Source: Thermoplasmatota archaeon (lineage in GTDB: Archaea; Thermoplasmatota; Penumbrarchaeia; Penumbrarchaeales; Penumbrarchaeaceae). From it: DNA of 64,000 nt. This document shows, in pieces, positions 30,401 through 39,493 of this stretch. The stretch lies in contig CBDDUX010000040.1 of NCBI GenBank assembly GCA_965234725.1, positions 1 through 64,000 on the forward strand, written 5' to 3'. Both the position numbers and the translations under genes were made by a program. Position 1 is the stretch's first letter. Each line of letters starts with the position of its first letter. Below the pieces are notes generated by a model that saw only the letters and a list, made by a program, of their open reading frames with translations, was not told the origin of the DNA and did not search any database.

Positions 30401-31466
30401 CATCAGGAATGAAATCCTGGATGTCCCTTGTCTCAGCCCATCTGTCATCTCCATCCCCATTCCAGACATCATATGTTCCATCCAGGCAGGCATAGTATGT
30501 ATCCGCAGGGAGCTTGTCAGGTTCGCCTCCGTAAGGGTCCTGGTCCCAGGCCATTAATGTTGGCACATACTTTGTCTCTCCCATCAAAAGGACCCATTTC
30601 AGGGCCTTTCCATCGCCGAAGTAAGTGTCATGTAAGAACTGCCAGATGGATTTCGTTCCATCCAGGGAAGGGTATTCTGAGTTCACATCACTGTATTTCA
30701 TTACAGTGACAATGAGCCCTGTCTCCTTCTTCCATTGGATATAATCTTCGAGATCGTTGATGAAGGGGTCATGTGATATTACCATGAGCTCGGTCCCCTC
30801 CAATACATCCCCGGGCCTTTCCACGGCCCTTGTCATATAATTGATATTATTCTCCGGTCCTGCCGATCTCTCAATGACCAGTTCGATATCACTATAGAAA
30901 GTGAGTGTCTGACGTACCGGATCATGGTCGAAGGGGGAGACGGAGATCGAATAATGGGCCAATCTCTCCCCTGTTTCCCATCCATATCCGATATGGGACC
31001 ACATGACGGGTTCCTCCGGATATGAAGTTCCTCTAATATACATAGACCAATCGAGGTCAAGTCCTGTGGTCTTCTCATTTGAAAAAACCTCTTCGGTTAG
31101 ATGGACCCCTTTTACCGATGGGGCGATCGGGAAAGAAAGCGGGATCGTTGTGGGGTTGCCTCTAACCACCTTGATATCCCTGATCTCATATGGGACCTGT
31201 AAGGGATAGGAGATCACAGGTACAGATGGACCCCCATTTGCCGGAGGGTAAATGCAGTTTTCAAGATGTGGTATGGACCATCTTATTCCATCTATCAGTT
31301 CAACTTCCATGGATAACGGACCAGGTTCGATATCCATGGAGAGGACCTCTCCGATGGTACCGGAAAGGTTCTCCGATCCTTCATGATCGGAACCTTTGAT
31401 CGATGGCATGGCCGTGAGAATGGTAATTGCCAGAAGCAGTGCGGGGATCGTTGAATATAGCCTCAT
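27414..31466 (-). CDS. Membrane-anchored C25 (gingipain-like) cysteine peptidase with OmpL47-like beta repeats, PKD domain and Pro-rich tail
   Basis: Propeptide, WKKETG, ADTYYA, PDVYVSRV, catalytic His in YMGHG and Cys in AMSCET, GGAIGYVGASR, NLLGSP. Repeated PDG..GWY units, DFGDG PKD motif, TM helix. Confidence 0.9.
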   Translation of the reverse strand: MRLYSTIPALLLAITILTAMPSIKGSDHEGSENLSGTIGEVLSMDIEPGPLSMEVELIDGIRWSIPHLENCIYPPANGGPSVPVISYPLQVPYEIRDIKVVRGNPTTIPLSFPIAPSVKGVHLTEEVFSNEKTTGLDLDWSMYIRGTSYPEEPVMWSHIGYGWETGERLAHYSISVSPFDHDPVRQTLTFYSDIELVIERSAGPENNINYMTRAVERPGDVLEGTELMVISHDPFINDLEDYIQWKKETGLIVTVMKYSDVNSEYPSLDGTKSIWQFLHDTYFGDGKALKWVLLMGETKYVPTLMAWDQDPYGGEPDKLPADTYYACLDGTYDVWNGDGDDRWAETRDIQDFIPDVYVSRVSVDNDKETADWAKKVVRYEKNPEIGDWTSTVGLFGSTTHSYDDGPTQCEYYWSDYLKYVYETPDKYYSPGNTQTGTGAKVLNYNNIWNGFNSGLSTVVYMGHGLANLWSEGTQEDSTLIFTTNEASDLTQSPRLPFISAMSCETNWYDNGNWESISEEFIENDKGGAIGYVGASRTTEGGIGYTGELPGAPGIQQALLLQMKNGYRSQGEIFHRAKESYVDEWGAYFTQQQWFYNAWLEHNLLGSPETMIWTEDISTFTVTVDYINDHYSNFTVMVKDGSGIPVKEAIVAVYSESLDRSSKVETDGSGKAVVPFEISGPAYGYVTVTKENFKPFQNEYYLTDDTPPVTTIDFDWPYPDGERGWYKNDPGIGFSCNEPGTIRYEWNGGQEFEFSGDVLIPKGESTLGYWTEDLSGNIEVKKSTVVKFDPDTPKLAYTVTPESPDGTDGWYSTLPIIETSASGDEASPQRVDFWWGRGTKEVSNGTIHAIQGENELHLQALDDAGNRDTEITLEFKVDSIFPIAEIDLGGDIPNSLGWYTEPMVVELDCSDRTADMFYSWNGGEDWVEYDDPFEPPMGNHTLLYYAQDVHSNSGPISSILIPYDITVPKVVTAIEPSTPDGSVGWYTSQPVITLSTDGKEGEIIYYYIDKVPEQIYTSPVTIPEGEHTLFTYSIDRAGNQGSKVQFHFKVDTHKEVTTLSIDSSPNSEGIITDVPMIFLRSSEGTLISYSWDGNFFTTYGGALLPPGEEGDFTLFYYCMDEAGNKEDTRSEELIVDAVGPQVVLTGPLSADAENEVIFDLSKTTDGFSVEDYFIDFGDGTDSGWVSSPSISHKYGSGGTYEVKAKARDSSGNEGEEKTLTIKVNEKADNTILYVGLMGITLLIVIFIGILLAFALTKKKQHYMHTHPIQGPSMANGMGQGALREGRAQMVGGGNLHQRAPLPPIQKPAQNVQNNTSPQIPTVVGPSSPPTNRSPPPPPRMPEIPGPPKPPI

Positions 31467-31605
31467 GAGGGATCACCGGGCAGTAGAGCTGATCAGGTGT
31501 ACCCTAAACAGGTTTTCCCACATATTATTTTGTAGTCACCTTTTTACATAATCCGCCTTTCATGGTAAATATCAAGGACCCGATGTCCCTTGAAGGTAGG
31601 TTTAC

Positions 31606-34377
31606 ATGGCGATCCCCGATATCGATGAAAAGGACCTCACCCCCCTGATGAGACAGTACCTTTCCATCAAGAAGCAGCACCCGGACAAGCTCCTTCTCTA
31701 CCGTATGGGAGATTTCTATGAGCTTTTCTTCGATGACGCTGAGGTTGCCGCAAGGGAACTTGATATCACCCTCACTGCGAGGGATAAGGGGCCATATGGC
31801 GGGAAGATACCACTGGCAGGGGTTCCATACCATGCACTTGATAATTATCTGCCCAAGCTTGTGAAAAAGGGATACAGAGTGGCGATCGTCGAGCAGGTTG
31901 AGGATCCGAAAAAAGCCAAGGGTATCGTAAAGAGAGAGGTAGTCCAGATAGCAACTCCAGGGACCCTCCTCCTACCTGAAGGCTCAGATGATAGGGCAAA
32001 TACATACCTTTGCGCTCTCATGAGGAATGTGGAGGACGGCGGAGAGGGTGAGCTGCAGCTTAAGGAAAATAAAGGAACAGCCCAGGACAGGATCGTCCTT
32101 CCCCACGCAATGTACGGAGTATCCCACCTTGATATCTCCACAGGTGATTTCTTCACCACACAGATATCCGGAGCAGAGCCCTTCAACAGGTTGATCTCCG
32201 AACTGATGAAGTTCCAGGCAGTAGAGATTATCGTACCTGTCTCACTTATCAAGAGCGAGGATTTCATATCCGAACTGAGACTCCAGATGGGCACAGAGAC
32301 GGTGATCAGTTCATTTCCGGACCACAATTTCCTAAGGTCTTATTCGGAGACTCTACTAAAGGAACAGTTCTCGGTCCTGTCCTTAGAGGGATTGGGTCTG
32401 TCGGATCTGGAATTGGCACAAGGTGCTGCCGGGGCTGTTCTCGCTTATGCCAGGGAGAACCAGATGACCGACCTGAGGCATGTAAAGGATATTCGTGTTT
32501 ACAGTGGTTCGGAATATATGGTCCTCGATTCCACCACATTACGCAATTTGGAGGTAATGAGGTCCTTCCGTGACGGGTCCACGAAAGGGACCCTTCTCGG
32601 GATCCTGGACCGGACAAGGACACCCATGGGGTCCAGACTTTTGAAGTCCTGGGTCCAGCAGCCATTGATGGACATCAACGGAATAAATGAGAGATTGGAT
32701 GCGGTGGAGTCTCTTTTCAACAATCTATTTCTCAGGTCTGATATCAAGGACGGTCTGAAAGGCATCAATGATATTGAAAGGTCCCTGATGAGGTTAAGCC
32801 TTGGCAGGGGATCTGCCAGGGACATGGTCGCCATCAGGAACTCTCTCGAGTCTGCTGAGAAGCTCAAAGAAGTCTTGGATGCCTCAAAGAGTCTGGGTGC
32901 CTCCAAGCTCCTGAAGGAGCTTTCGGGGGATCTTACCGGAGAAAGCGGGATCATTGAACTCATCTCCTCTGCCATCGTTGAGGAACCTCCTCTTTCCATC
33001 ACTGACGGAGGTATGTTCAAAAGAGGATATTCCGCCGAGTTGGACGAGATCGCCCTTTCAGCTCGTGATTCGAAGGATTGGCTCAAGGGATTCGAGGCCG
33101 GGGAGAAGAAAAGGACAGGAATAAGATCGTTGAAGGTTAGGTTCAACAATGTCTTCGGCTATTATATCGAGATAACCAAGTCCAACTTGGAAAATGTTCC
33201 TCAAGATTACATAAGGAAGCAGACCCTTGTCAATGCTGAGAGATTTATTACACCCGAGTTGAAGGAAAAGGAATCCCTGATCCTCAACTCGGAGGAGAGG
33301 ATGGCAGATCTCGAATCATCCCTCTTCGATGAGATCAGGCAAAAGGTCCTTGAGAGGGGCGATGGGATACAGACCATCGCCTCATCCATAGCCAGGATCG
33401 ATGTGCTAAGCGATCTTGCCGAGGTCGCATCCGCCAGGAATTTCAAAAGGCCTTCTGTGGATGACAAGAGAAGGATCTCAATGACCCGGTCAAGACATCC
33501 GGTTGTTGAGGAAAGGGTGGAATGGGGTTTTGTTCCAAATGATATATTCCTGGATGGGGAAGACAACCGCTTCATCATTCTTACAGGTCCGAACATGGCT
33601 GGTAAGTCCACTTACATGAGGCAAGCCGCCCTGAACGTGATCATGGCCCAGATGGGATCGTTCATACCTGCCGATGAGGCTGAGATCGGTATGGTGGACC
33701 GGATCTTCACCAGGGTGGGGGCCTCAGACGATCTGGTCAGGGGACAGTCCACCTTCATGGTGGAGATGCTTGAACTGGCAAATATCCTGAACTCGGCCAC
33801 AGATAGATCATTGGTTATCCTTGATGAGATCGGAAGGGGCACTTCCACATTCGATGGTCTCTCAATTGCCTGGGCGGTTACAGAATACATTTCTGACAAG
33901 GGAAAGATAGGAGCGAACACGATCTTTGCTACACATTATCATCATCTGACCGAACTCGAGGGTAAGCTGGATGGGGTCGTAAACTATTCGATGTCCGTCA
34001 AGGAGACAGGAGAGGGGATCACATTCCTCAGAAAAGTGAGGAAGGGACCTGCATCAAGGTCCTATGGTGTAGAGGTAGCGGACCTCGCCGGTATTCCCAC
34101 CGAGGTCGTGGAAAGGGCCAGAGAGGTCCTTGGAAGGATCGAGAGAGAGGACTCTCTTGAGGGGAGGGCCGCTGAGATCACCAACGTTCCGATCGAGGCC
34201 ATCACAACAACCAAAGAAAGAAAAGGACCTCTACAGATGGTCCTTTTCCCAACCGAGGATATGCTAGCTCCAAAGGTCGAGGACCCTCTCATCGAAGAGA
34301 TAAGGTCCATGGATCCGGGGAATATGACACCACTCCAGGCCCTTGAAGCGATCTACAAGCTGAAGAAGAGGCTTTAG
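31606..34377 (+). CDS. mutS: DNA mismatch repair protein MutS (MutS1)
   Basis: LTPLMRQY..IK, RMGDFYELF, TGPNMAGKSTYMRQ, DRIFTRVGASD, STFMVEM, DEIGRGTST, FATHYH, SYG..VA.LAG, TPLQAL. Confidence 0.97.
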   Translation: MAIPDIDEKDLTPLMRQYLSIKKQHPDKLLLYRMGDFYELFFDDAEVAARELDITLTARDKGPYGGKIPLAGVPYHALDNYLPKLVKKGYRVAIVEQVEDPKKAKGIVKREVVQIATPGTLLLPEGSDDRANTYLCALMRNVEDGGEGELQLKENKGTAQDRIVLPHAMYGVSHLDISTGDFFTTQISGAEPFNRLISELMKFQAVEIIVPVSLIKSEDFISELRLQMGTETVISSFPDHNFLRSYSETLLKEQFSVLSLEGLGLSDLELAQGAAGAVLAYARENQMTDLRHVKDIRVYSGSEYMVLDSTTLRNLEVMRSFRDGSTKGTLLGILDRTRTPMGSRLLKSWVQQPLMDINGINERLDAVESLFNNLFLRSDIKDGLKGINDIERSLMRLSLGRGSARDMVAIRNSLESAEKLKEVLDASKSLGASKLLKELSGDLTGESGIIELISSAIVEEPPLSITDGGMFKRGYSAELDEIALSARDSKDWLKGFEAGEKKRTGIRSLKVRFNNVFGYYIEITKSNLENVPQDYIRKQTLVNAERFITPELKEKESLILNSEERMADLESSLFDEIRQKVLERGDGIQTIASSIARIDVLSDLAEVASARNFKRPSVDDKRRISMTRSRHPVVEERVEWGFVPNDIFLDGEDNRFIILTGPNMAGKSTYMRQAALNVIMAQMGSFIPADEAEIGMVDRIFTRVGASDDLVRGQSTFMVEMLELANILNSATDRSLVILDEIGRGTSTFDGLSIAWAVTEYISDKGKIGANTIFATHYHHLTELEGKLDGVVNYSMSVKETGEGITFLRKVRKGPASRSYGVEVADLAGIPTEVVERAREVLGRIEREDSLEGRAAEITNVPIEAITTTKERKGPLQMVLFPTEDMLAPKVEDPLIEEIRSMDPGNMTPLQALEAIYKLKKRL

Positions 34378-34435
34378 GAGCAGTGTCCCAAACGGTTTTA
34401 TCATCCTGTTCCATCTAGGGTTTCGGAGATAGTAG

Positions 34436-35893
34436 ATGAAGGTAACCCTCGCAGGAGCCACATTGGACCGTAGGTTCTGGCCGGATGATCCATCCGCCTC
34501 ACCGGAGACAATCTCGGCAGCCTATGCCCGAATATCCCACAGTCCCAGGGGAATAGGTGAACTGCGGGAGATCGCGGTTAAGGAAATCGAGAAATCCAGA
34601 CGTTCCAATGAGAACATCGTATACAAGATGGGTCATTCCTCCATTGCTGAGCATGCGGTCTTCAATATCGATGTGGAGGATGCATCACGTCTTCTTGTTG
34701 AGTTCATCGAACATCACAGGCTAGCATCATTCACTGAGAGGTCCCAGAGATACGTTTTCTTTGGCAACAAGGAATTCCAGGTCCCCGATGAAATGATGGG
34801 AAGCAAATTCGAAGAAGAGGTAAGAGAACTGGAATCAGACAAATTCAATTTTTATAATAGGCTCTGTGAGGATAAGGACCTGAAGGAGAAGTACGGGGAC
34901 AAGCTATTGGAGCAGGCACGATATGTATTAGGCCTGACCTGTCCGACGGATCTGGGTTTGACGATAAACGCAAGGGAGCTGGAGTACCTGATATCATGCG
35001 GTAAGGCCCATGGTCTTGCCGAGGTCAGAAAACTTGCTGACGAACTGCTTGACAAGGCCGGTCATCTTGCTCCATCCCTCATCAAATATACAGGACCTAA
35101 GGAACATATTTCAATTGCGAGGAAAAGGATGGAGGATTGGGTGGATGAGAACCTCGATAGGTTGAGACCGGAAAATGAGTTCGAGGATATACTGGATTCA
35201 AGGAGGTTCTCGGTCTGTTCGAACCGTCCAGCCCATTGCGACGATCCAGAATCGGAGATCGCATCGGCTCTGCTTTTCGAAATGACAGACCTGGACCTTG
35301 AGGAGTGCAGAAGGACTGCAATGGAGATGACAGATGACGACCTTCTAGACCTTTTCAGACCTATATTTTCGGAATATCCGGTCCATTCATCCCTTCCAAG
35401 GGCCTTCGAGATGATGGACCTTACCTTTGATTTCGAGGTATCGGCTTCAGGGTTCGCACAGCTCAAACGTCACAGACTTGCAACCATACTGGTCAAGGGA
35501 TATGAACCGGGGAGATGGTTCACTCCCCCGATCTGCATGGCCGACCCTGAGATCGCAGTTGATTACATCAAGATCATGAGAAGGTCTGAAGATCTCTTCC
35601 ACAAGGTGGAGAAGCTCATGGGCAGGGAAGTGGCGACATATGTCCTTACGAACGCCCATATGAGAAAGGTGATCTTCAAATTGAATTTGAGAGAGCTATA
35701 CCATTTCGTTCGTCTAAGGTCCGATATCCATGCCCAGGATGAGATAAGGAACTTATCTGATATGATGGTCACTGTCTTGAAGAACCATTTTCCCGTGGTG
35801 GCCGCCATGCTTTGCGGAAAGGATTCCTATGAGGATGGCAAAGAACGGATATTCGGTTGCTGGACAAAGGATGATGATCAGGAGGAGAATTAA
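34436..35893 (+). CDS. thyX: FAD-dependent thymidylate synthase, tandem two-domain form
   Basis: GHSSIAEHAVF, HHRLASFTERSQRY in the first half; QLKRHR and NLRELYHFVRLRSDIHAQDEIR in the second half. Confidence 0.9.
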   Translation: MKVTLAGATLDRRFWPDDPSASPETISAAYARISHSPRGIGELREIAVKEIEKSRRSNENIVYKMGHSSIAEHAVFNIDVEDASRLLVEFIEHHRLASFTERSQRYVFFGNKEFQVPDEMMGSKFEEEVRELESDKFNFYNRLCEDKDLKEKYGDKLLEQARYVLGLTCPTDLGLTINARELEYLISCGKAHGLAEVRKLADELLDKAGHLAPSLIKYTGPKEHISIARKRMEDWVDENLDRLRPENEFEDILDSRRFSVCSNRPAHCDDPESEIASALLFEMTDLDLEECRRTAMEMTDDDLLDLFRPIFSEYPVHSSLPRAFEMMDLTFDFEVSASGFAQLKRHRLATILVKGYEPGRWFTPPICMADPEIAVDYIKIMRRSEDLFHKVEKLMGREVATYVLTNAHMRKVIFKLNLRELYHFVRLRSDIHAQDEIRNLSDMMVTVLKNHFPVVAAMLCGKDSYEDGKERIFGCWTKDDDQEEN

Positions 35894-36076
35894 ATGATGG
35901 CAAGCATCTGTCATATCTGCGGGAAGCCCGCATTCAGGACATGCATACTCTGCGGGAGGCCCGCCTGTAAGGGACATCTGGACGACAATGGGTTCGCCTG
36001 TCTTAATTGCGCACCCACAAAGAGAGGACCACCTGCTTCGAAAGGACCAGGTGAACCTGGTGGTGTTCAGGGATGA
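35894..36076 (+). CDS. Small Cys-rich zinc-finger protein
   Basis: CHIC..A...CILCGRPACKGH......CLNC; abuts the thyX stop and overlaps the pgi start (ATGA). Confidence 0.8.
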   Translation: MMASICHICGKPAFRTCILCGRPACKGHLDDNGFACLNCAPTKRGPPASKGPGEPGGVQG

Positions 36077-37257
36077 CAAAGATCATGGACCAGGATATAT
36101 CGAATCTGACCAGCCACTCACTTGATCTTATCGATGGTCTTCTCAACGATCTGAAAGTGAGTGAGGTCCCCGCCTTTGCATCCCATGAGCAGGACCTGGA
36201 ATTACTCAGAGACGAGGTAAAGAGGATCTCCGGGAAGAAGAACATCATTATCCTTGGTCACGGCGGATCTATCACCACCTTCAAGGGGATCCTTGGATCA
36301 CTCGGGCGGTTCTACAAGGGAGATCGGGAGTTCTTCATCATCGATACTTTGGACCCGACTCATATTTCTTACGTTAAGAGCAGGACCTCCCCGGAAGACT
36401 CCCATGTGATCGCCATTTCGAAATCAGGGAATACAATGACGGTCTTAGAGCTCCTCTCTGTTTTCCAGACTTATCCAACAACAGCTGTAACTGAACCTGG
36501 ATACGGTGCATTGAGGAAGATATCCAAAACAAGGGATTGGACAGTGATCGATGTACCCAAAGAGATCGGGGGCAGGTTTTCGGGAGGTACAGCTTCTGCC
36601 CTTCTTCCTGCAATGGTCCTTGGTATCAAAGTGGAAGATTTCATTGAAGGAATGAAAGAAGCTTACAGGTCCGCCAGGGAGGATGATGAGATGGTCAATC
36701 TCAGCGGTGCCTTTTACCTTGTAGAAAGGGTGGGAAAGAGGATGATCTTCCTCCCGGTCTATTCCAAGGGATATTCAGCCTTCAACGATCTTGTGACACA
36801 GCTCTTCCATGAGACCCTATCGAAATCAAGGAAGGGAATGACGATCCTATGTTTCGAAGGACCGGAATGCCAGCATCACACGAACCAGAGGGTCCTTGAT
36901 GGACCGGAGGACATTGCCACCCTTTTCATTCTTGTTGATGGGGATGGAGGAGAAGAGATATCATGGCCCGACATTTCTGTGGAGTTCAAAGGGATACCTC
37001 TGAACGAGTTGGGTGGATATGATCTCAAGAAGGCCATGTTATCTGAGGCTAAGGGAGTGATGGGTTCCATGGATGAACTTGGAGCTCCATACGGGTCGAT
37101 CACATTCAAGGATGAATCCGAGAGATCAATTGGTTTCTATGTCGGAATGATGCATTACCTCGCGTATTATTTCGCACTTTTAAGGAAAGTGAACCCATTC
37201 GACCAGCCAGCCGTTGAGAAAGCGAAGGAGATCGCCTTGGAAATGAGAACGAAATAG
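36073..37257 (+). CDS. pgi: Glucose-6-phosphate isomerase (PGI superfamily, SIS fold)
   Basis: LGHGGS, ISKSGNT, IGGRFS, QLFHETLSK, QH, VNPFDQPAVEKAK. Confidence 0.88.
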   Translation: MTKIMDQDISNLTSHSLDLIDGLLNDLKVSEVPAFASHEQDLELLRDEVKRISGKKNIIILGHGGSITTFKGILGSLGRFYKGDREFFIIDTLDPTHISYVKSRTSPEDSHVIAISKSGNTMTVLELLSVFQTYPTTAVTEPGYGALRKISKTRDWTVIDVPKEIGGRFSGGTASALLPAMVLGIKVEDFIEGMKEAYRSAREDDEMVNLSGAFYLVERVGKRMIFLPVYSKGYSAFNDLVTQLFHETLSKSRKGMTILCFEGPECQHHTNQRVLDGPEDIATLFILVDGDGGEEISWPDISVEFKGIPLNELGGYDLKKAMLSEAKGVMGSMDELGAPYGSITFKDESERSIGFYVGMMHYLAYYFALLRKVNPFDQPAVEKAKEIALEMRTK

Positions 37258-37361
37258 ATTGTGTTTTCTTTCATTCGATTTTCTGTTTCGGTCCTCTCCC
37301 CCCACCTTCCCTTTTTTTACCCGCATTCATCTGTAATCTTCCCTTGAGAGGGGTTTACTGC

Positions 37362-37478
37362 ATGTTCGACAACCACTTTTCCCAGTGCCCGATCTGTGGG
37401 CAGACAACCCTGGCCAGGCAGGGTAGATGCGACTTCTGTTTCAACCCTGAATGCGATAACAAAGGATGTGCTTTCTGA
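37362..37478 (+). CDS. 38-aa six-cysteine zinc-ribbon microprotein (below the ORF-track cutoff)
   Basis: MFDNHFSQCPICGQTTLARQGRCDFCFNPECDNKGCAF*, with a GAGGGG RBS 8 nt upstream of the ATG. Confidence 0.7.
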   Translation: MFDNHFSQCPICGQTTLARQGRCDFCFNPECDNKGCAF

Positions 37479-37665
37479 TATCGGTCCAGGTATCCGGTTT
37501 TGGAATGAACGGCTCGAACTTGTTGTCGAAGCGTCCCGTTTTACATGTGTCATCTTCTCGTGGTGTAACAATACATTTGCATAATCATGAGATCTATAAG
37601 GAAACCTTTAATAAGACCTCCCAATTTCAAGCCCGTCCAAGCCAATACATGGACGGTGGAATCTC

Positions 37666-39483
37666 ATGGGAAAGATCGGATTAACTGAACTTATTTTAAG
37701 AGATGCGCATCAATCGATCCTTGCTACAAGGATGAGGACCGAGGATATGGAACCGATACTGTCCAAAATGGACAAGGTCGGATACTGGGCAGTAGAGATG
37801 TGGGGGGGGGCAACCTTCGACGTACCTCTCAGGTACCTGAACCAGAATCCCTGGGACAGGCTGAGGCTCATCAGGAAGATGATGCCCAACACGAAACTAA
37901 TGATGCTTCTCAGGGCTCAGAATATAGTGGCTTACAGGAACTTCCCGGACGATATCGTAAGGAAGTTCGTTCACTACGCAAACAAGAACGGGATAGATGT
38001 CTTCAGGGTCTTCGATGCCCTGAACGACCTTAGGAACATGGAAGTTCCGATGAAAGCGGTGAAGGCCGAGGGTGCTCATCTCCAGGCCTGCGTCTCTTAT
38101 ACGATCTCTCCTGTTCACACTACCGAATATTACATAAAATTCATGCAGGACCTTGAGAAGATGGGAGCGGATTCCGTCTGTATCAAGGATATGGCAGGTA
38201 TGATCTCACCCAAGAGGGCATATGACATCATTAAGGGATACAAGGACCAGGGAGGAAAATGCCCCGTGGACCTGCATTCCCATTCCACATCCGGAATGAC
38301 CGGGCTTGCATATCAGAGGGCCGCTGAAGCCGGCGTTGATGTGATGGATACCGATATGTCACCAGTTGCCGAGGGAACCGGTCATCCTGCAACAGAATCC
38401 ATTGTCTATGCTTTCAAGGGGACAGAATGGGATACCGAACTTGATATGGACCTTCTCATGGAGATCAGGGATTATTTCAGAACGATCGCAAAGAAGTACA
38501 GACATCTTCTGAGGCTCGAAGCTCTCAGGCCTGACCCGTCGATAGTGGTCCACCAGATCCCCGGTGGAATGATCTCGAACCTGGTCTCCCAGCTGGAGAT
38601 GCAGGGGGCCGTGAACAGGCTCGATGAGGTGTTGAAGGAGATACCCAAGGTCAGGGAAGAACTGGGTTATCCACCCCTGGTGACCCCGACATCACAGGTT
38701 GTTGGAGTCCAGGCTGTCATGAACGTTCTTTTCGGAAGGTACAAGAACCTTCCCAAGGAAACAATAGACTATGTCAAGGGAATGTATGGCAAATCACCGG
38801 CCCCTATCTCGGATGATATAAAGGCCCTCATCCTCGGCCCCAACTGGAAGGATGAGATCATCACCTGCAGGCCCGCGGACCTCCTTGAACCGGAATGGGA
38901 CAAGAGGAAGAAAGAGCTTCAGGACATGGGAGTTTACAAGGAAGATGAGGATGTCCTGATCTATGCGATATATCCTCAGATCGGGCTGAAGTATCTCAAA
39001 GGCGAGGCTAAGGCCGAGTTCACATCAGATGAGCTCCCCCTCCCCCTGGACCATCCTGCAACAAGAGCAATGGTCAAGTCGTTCTTCCCGGAATTGAAGG
39101 AGATCTATCTCTACGATAAGGAGTGCAAAGGTGGAGGAGGCCCGGCTACGATACCCACCGAGTTCGATGTCGAGGTCGACGGTGAGATGTTCGAGGTCAA
39201 GGTCAACCCCAAGGGTGGATTCATTGTAGCCGGAGAAGGCGGCGGAGCAGAAGCACCTCCAACCGATGTTGAAGGCGGTTTCAAGAGCCCGATGCAGGGG
39301 ACGGTCCTTTCCGTCAAGGTTGCGGAAGGTGACAAGGTAGAGGAAGGACAGGTTATAGCCACTGTTGAGGCCATGAAGATGGAGACCGAGGTCAAGACCG
39401 ACCACGCGGGTGAGATCAAGAAGATCTATGTTGGAGAGGGAGACGCAGTTGAGACCGGCACCTTGATGATGCAGATCCTCTGA
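37666..39483 (+). CDS. pycB: Pyruvate carboxylase subunit B (carboxyltransferase plus biotin carrier; OadA-like)
   Basis: LRDAHQSILATRM, EMWGGATFD, RVFDALND, IKDMAG, LHSH, HQIPGGMISNL, GYPPLVTPTSQ, biotin motif EAMKM. Confidence 0.93.
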   Translation: MGKIGLTELILRDAHQSILATRMRTEDMEPILSKMDKVGYWAVEMWGGATFDVPLRYLNQNPWDRLRLIRKMMPNTKLMMLLRAQNIVAYRNFPDDIVRKFVHYANKNGIDVFRVFDALNDLRNMEVPMKAVKAEGAHLQACVSYTISPVHTTEYYIKFMQDLEKMGADSVCIKDMAGMISPKRAYDIIKGYKDQGGKCPVDLHSHSTSGMTGLAYQRAAEAGVDVMDTDMSPVAEGTGHPATESIVYAFKGTEWDTELDMDLLMEIRDYFRTIAKKYRHLLRLEALRPDPSIVVHQIPGGMISNLVSQLEMQGAVNRLDEVLKEIPKVREELGYPPLVTPTSQVVGVQAVMNVLFGRYKNLPKETIDYVKGMYGKSPAPISDDIKALILGPNWKDEIITCRPADLLEPEWDKRKKELQDMGVYKEDEDVLIYAIYPQIGLKYLKGEAKAEFTSDELPLPLDHPATRAMVKSFFPELKEIYLYDKECKGGGGPATIPTEFDVEVDGEMFEVKVNPKGGFIVAGEGGGAEAPPTDVEGGFKSPMQGTVLSVKVAEGDKVEEGQVIATVEAMKMETEVKTDHAGEIKKIYVGEGDAVETGTLMMQIL

Positions 39484-39493
39484 GGTGATCTCG

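Noticed and set aside
37317-37584. 84-aa minus-strand ORF, 62/72-aa plus-strand ORFs, or a structured ncRNA in the pgi-pycB gap (8-9 bp complementarities seen)
   Set aside because: No motifs in those frames and no SRP, RNase P or riboswitch signature; the six-Cys microprotein explains the region better.
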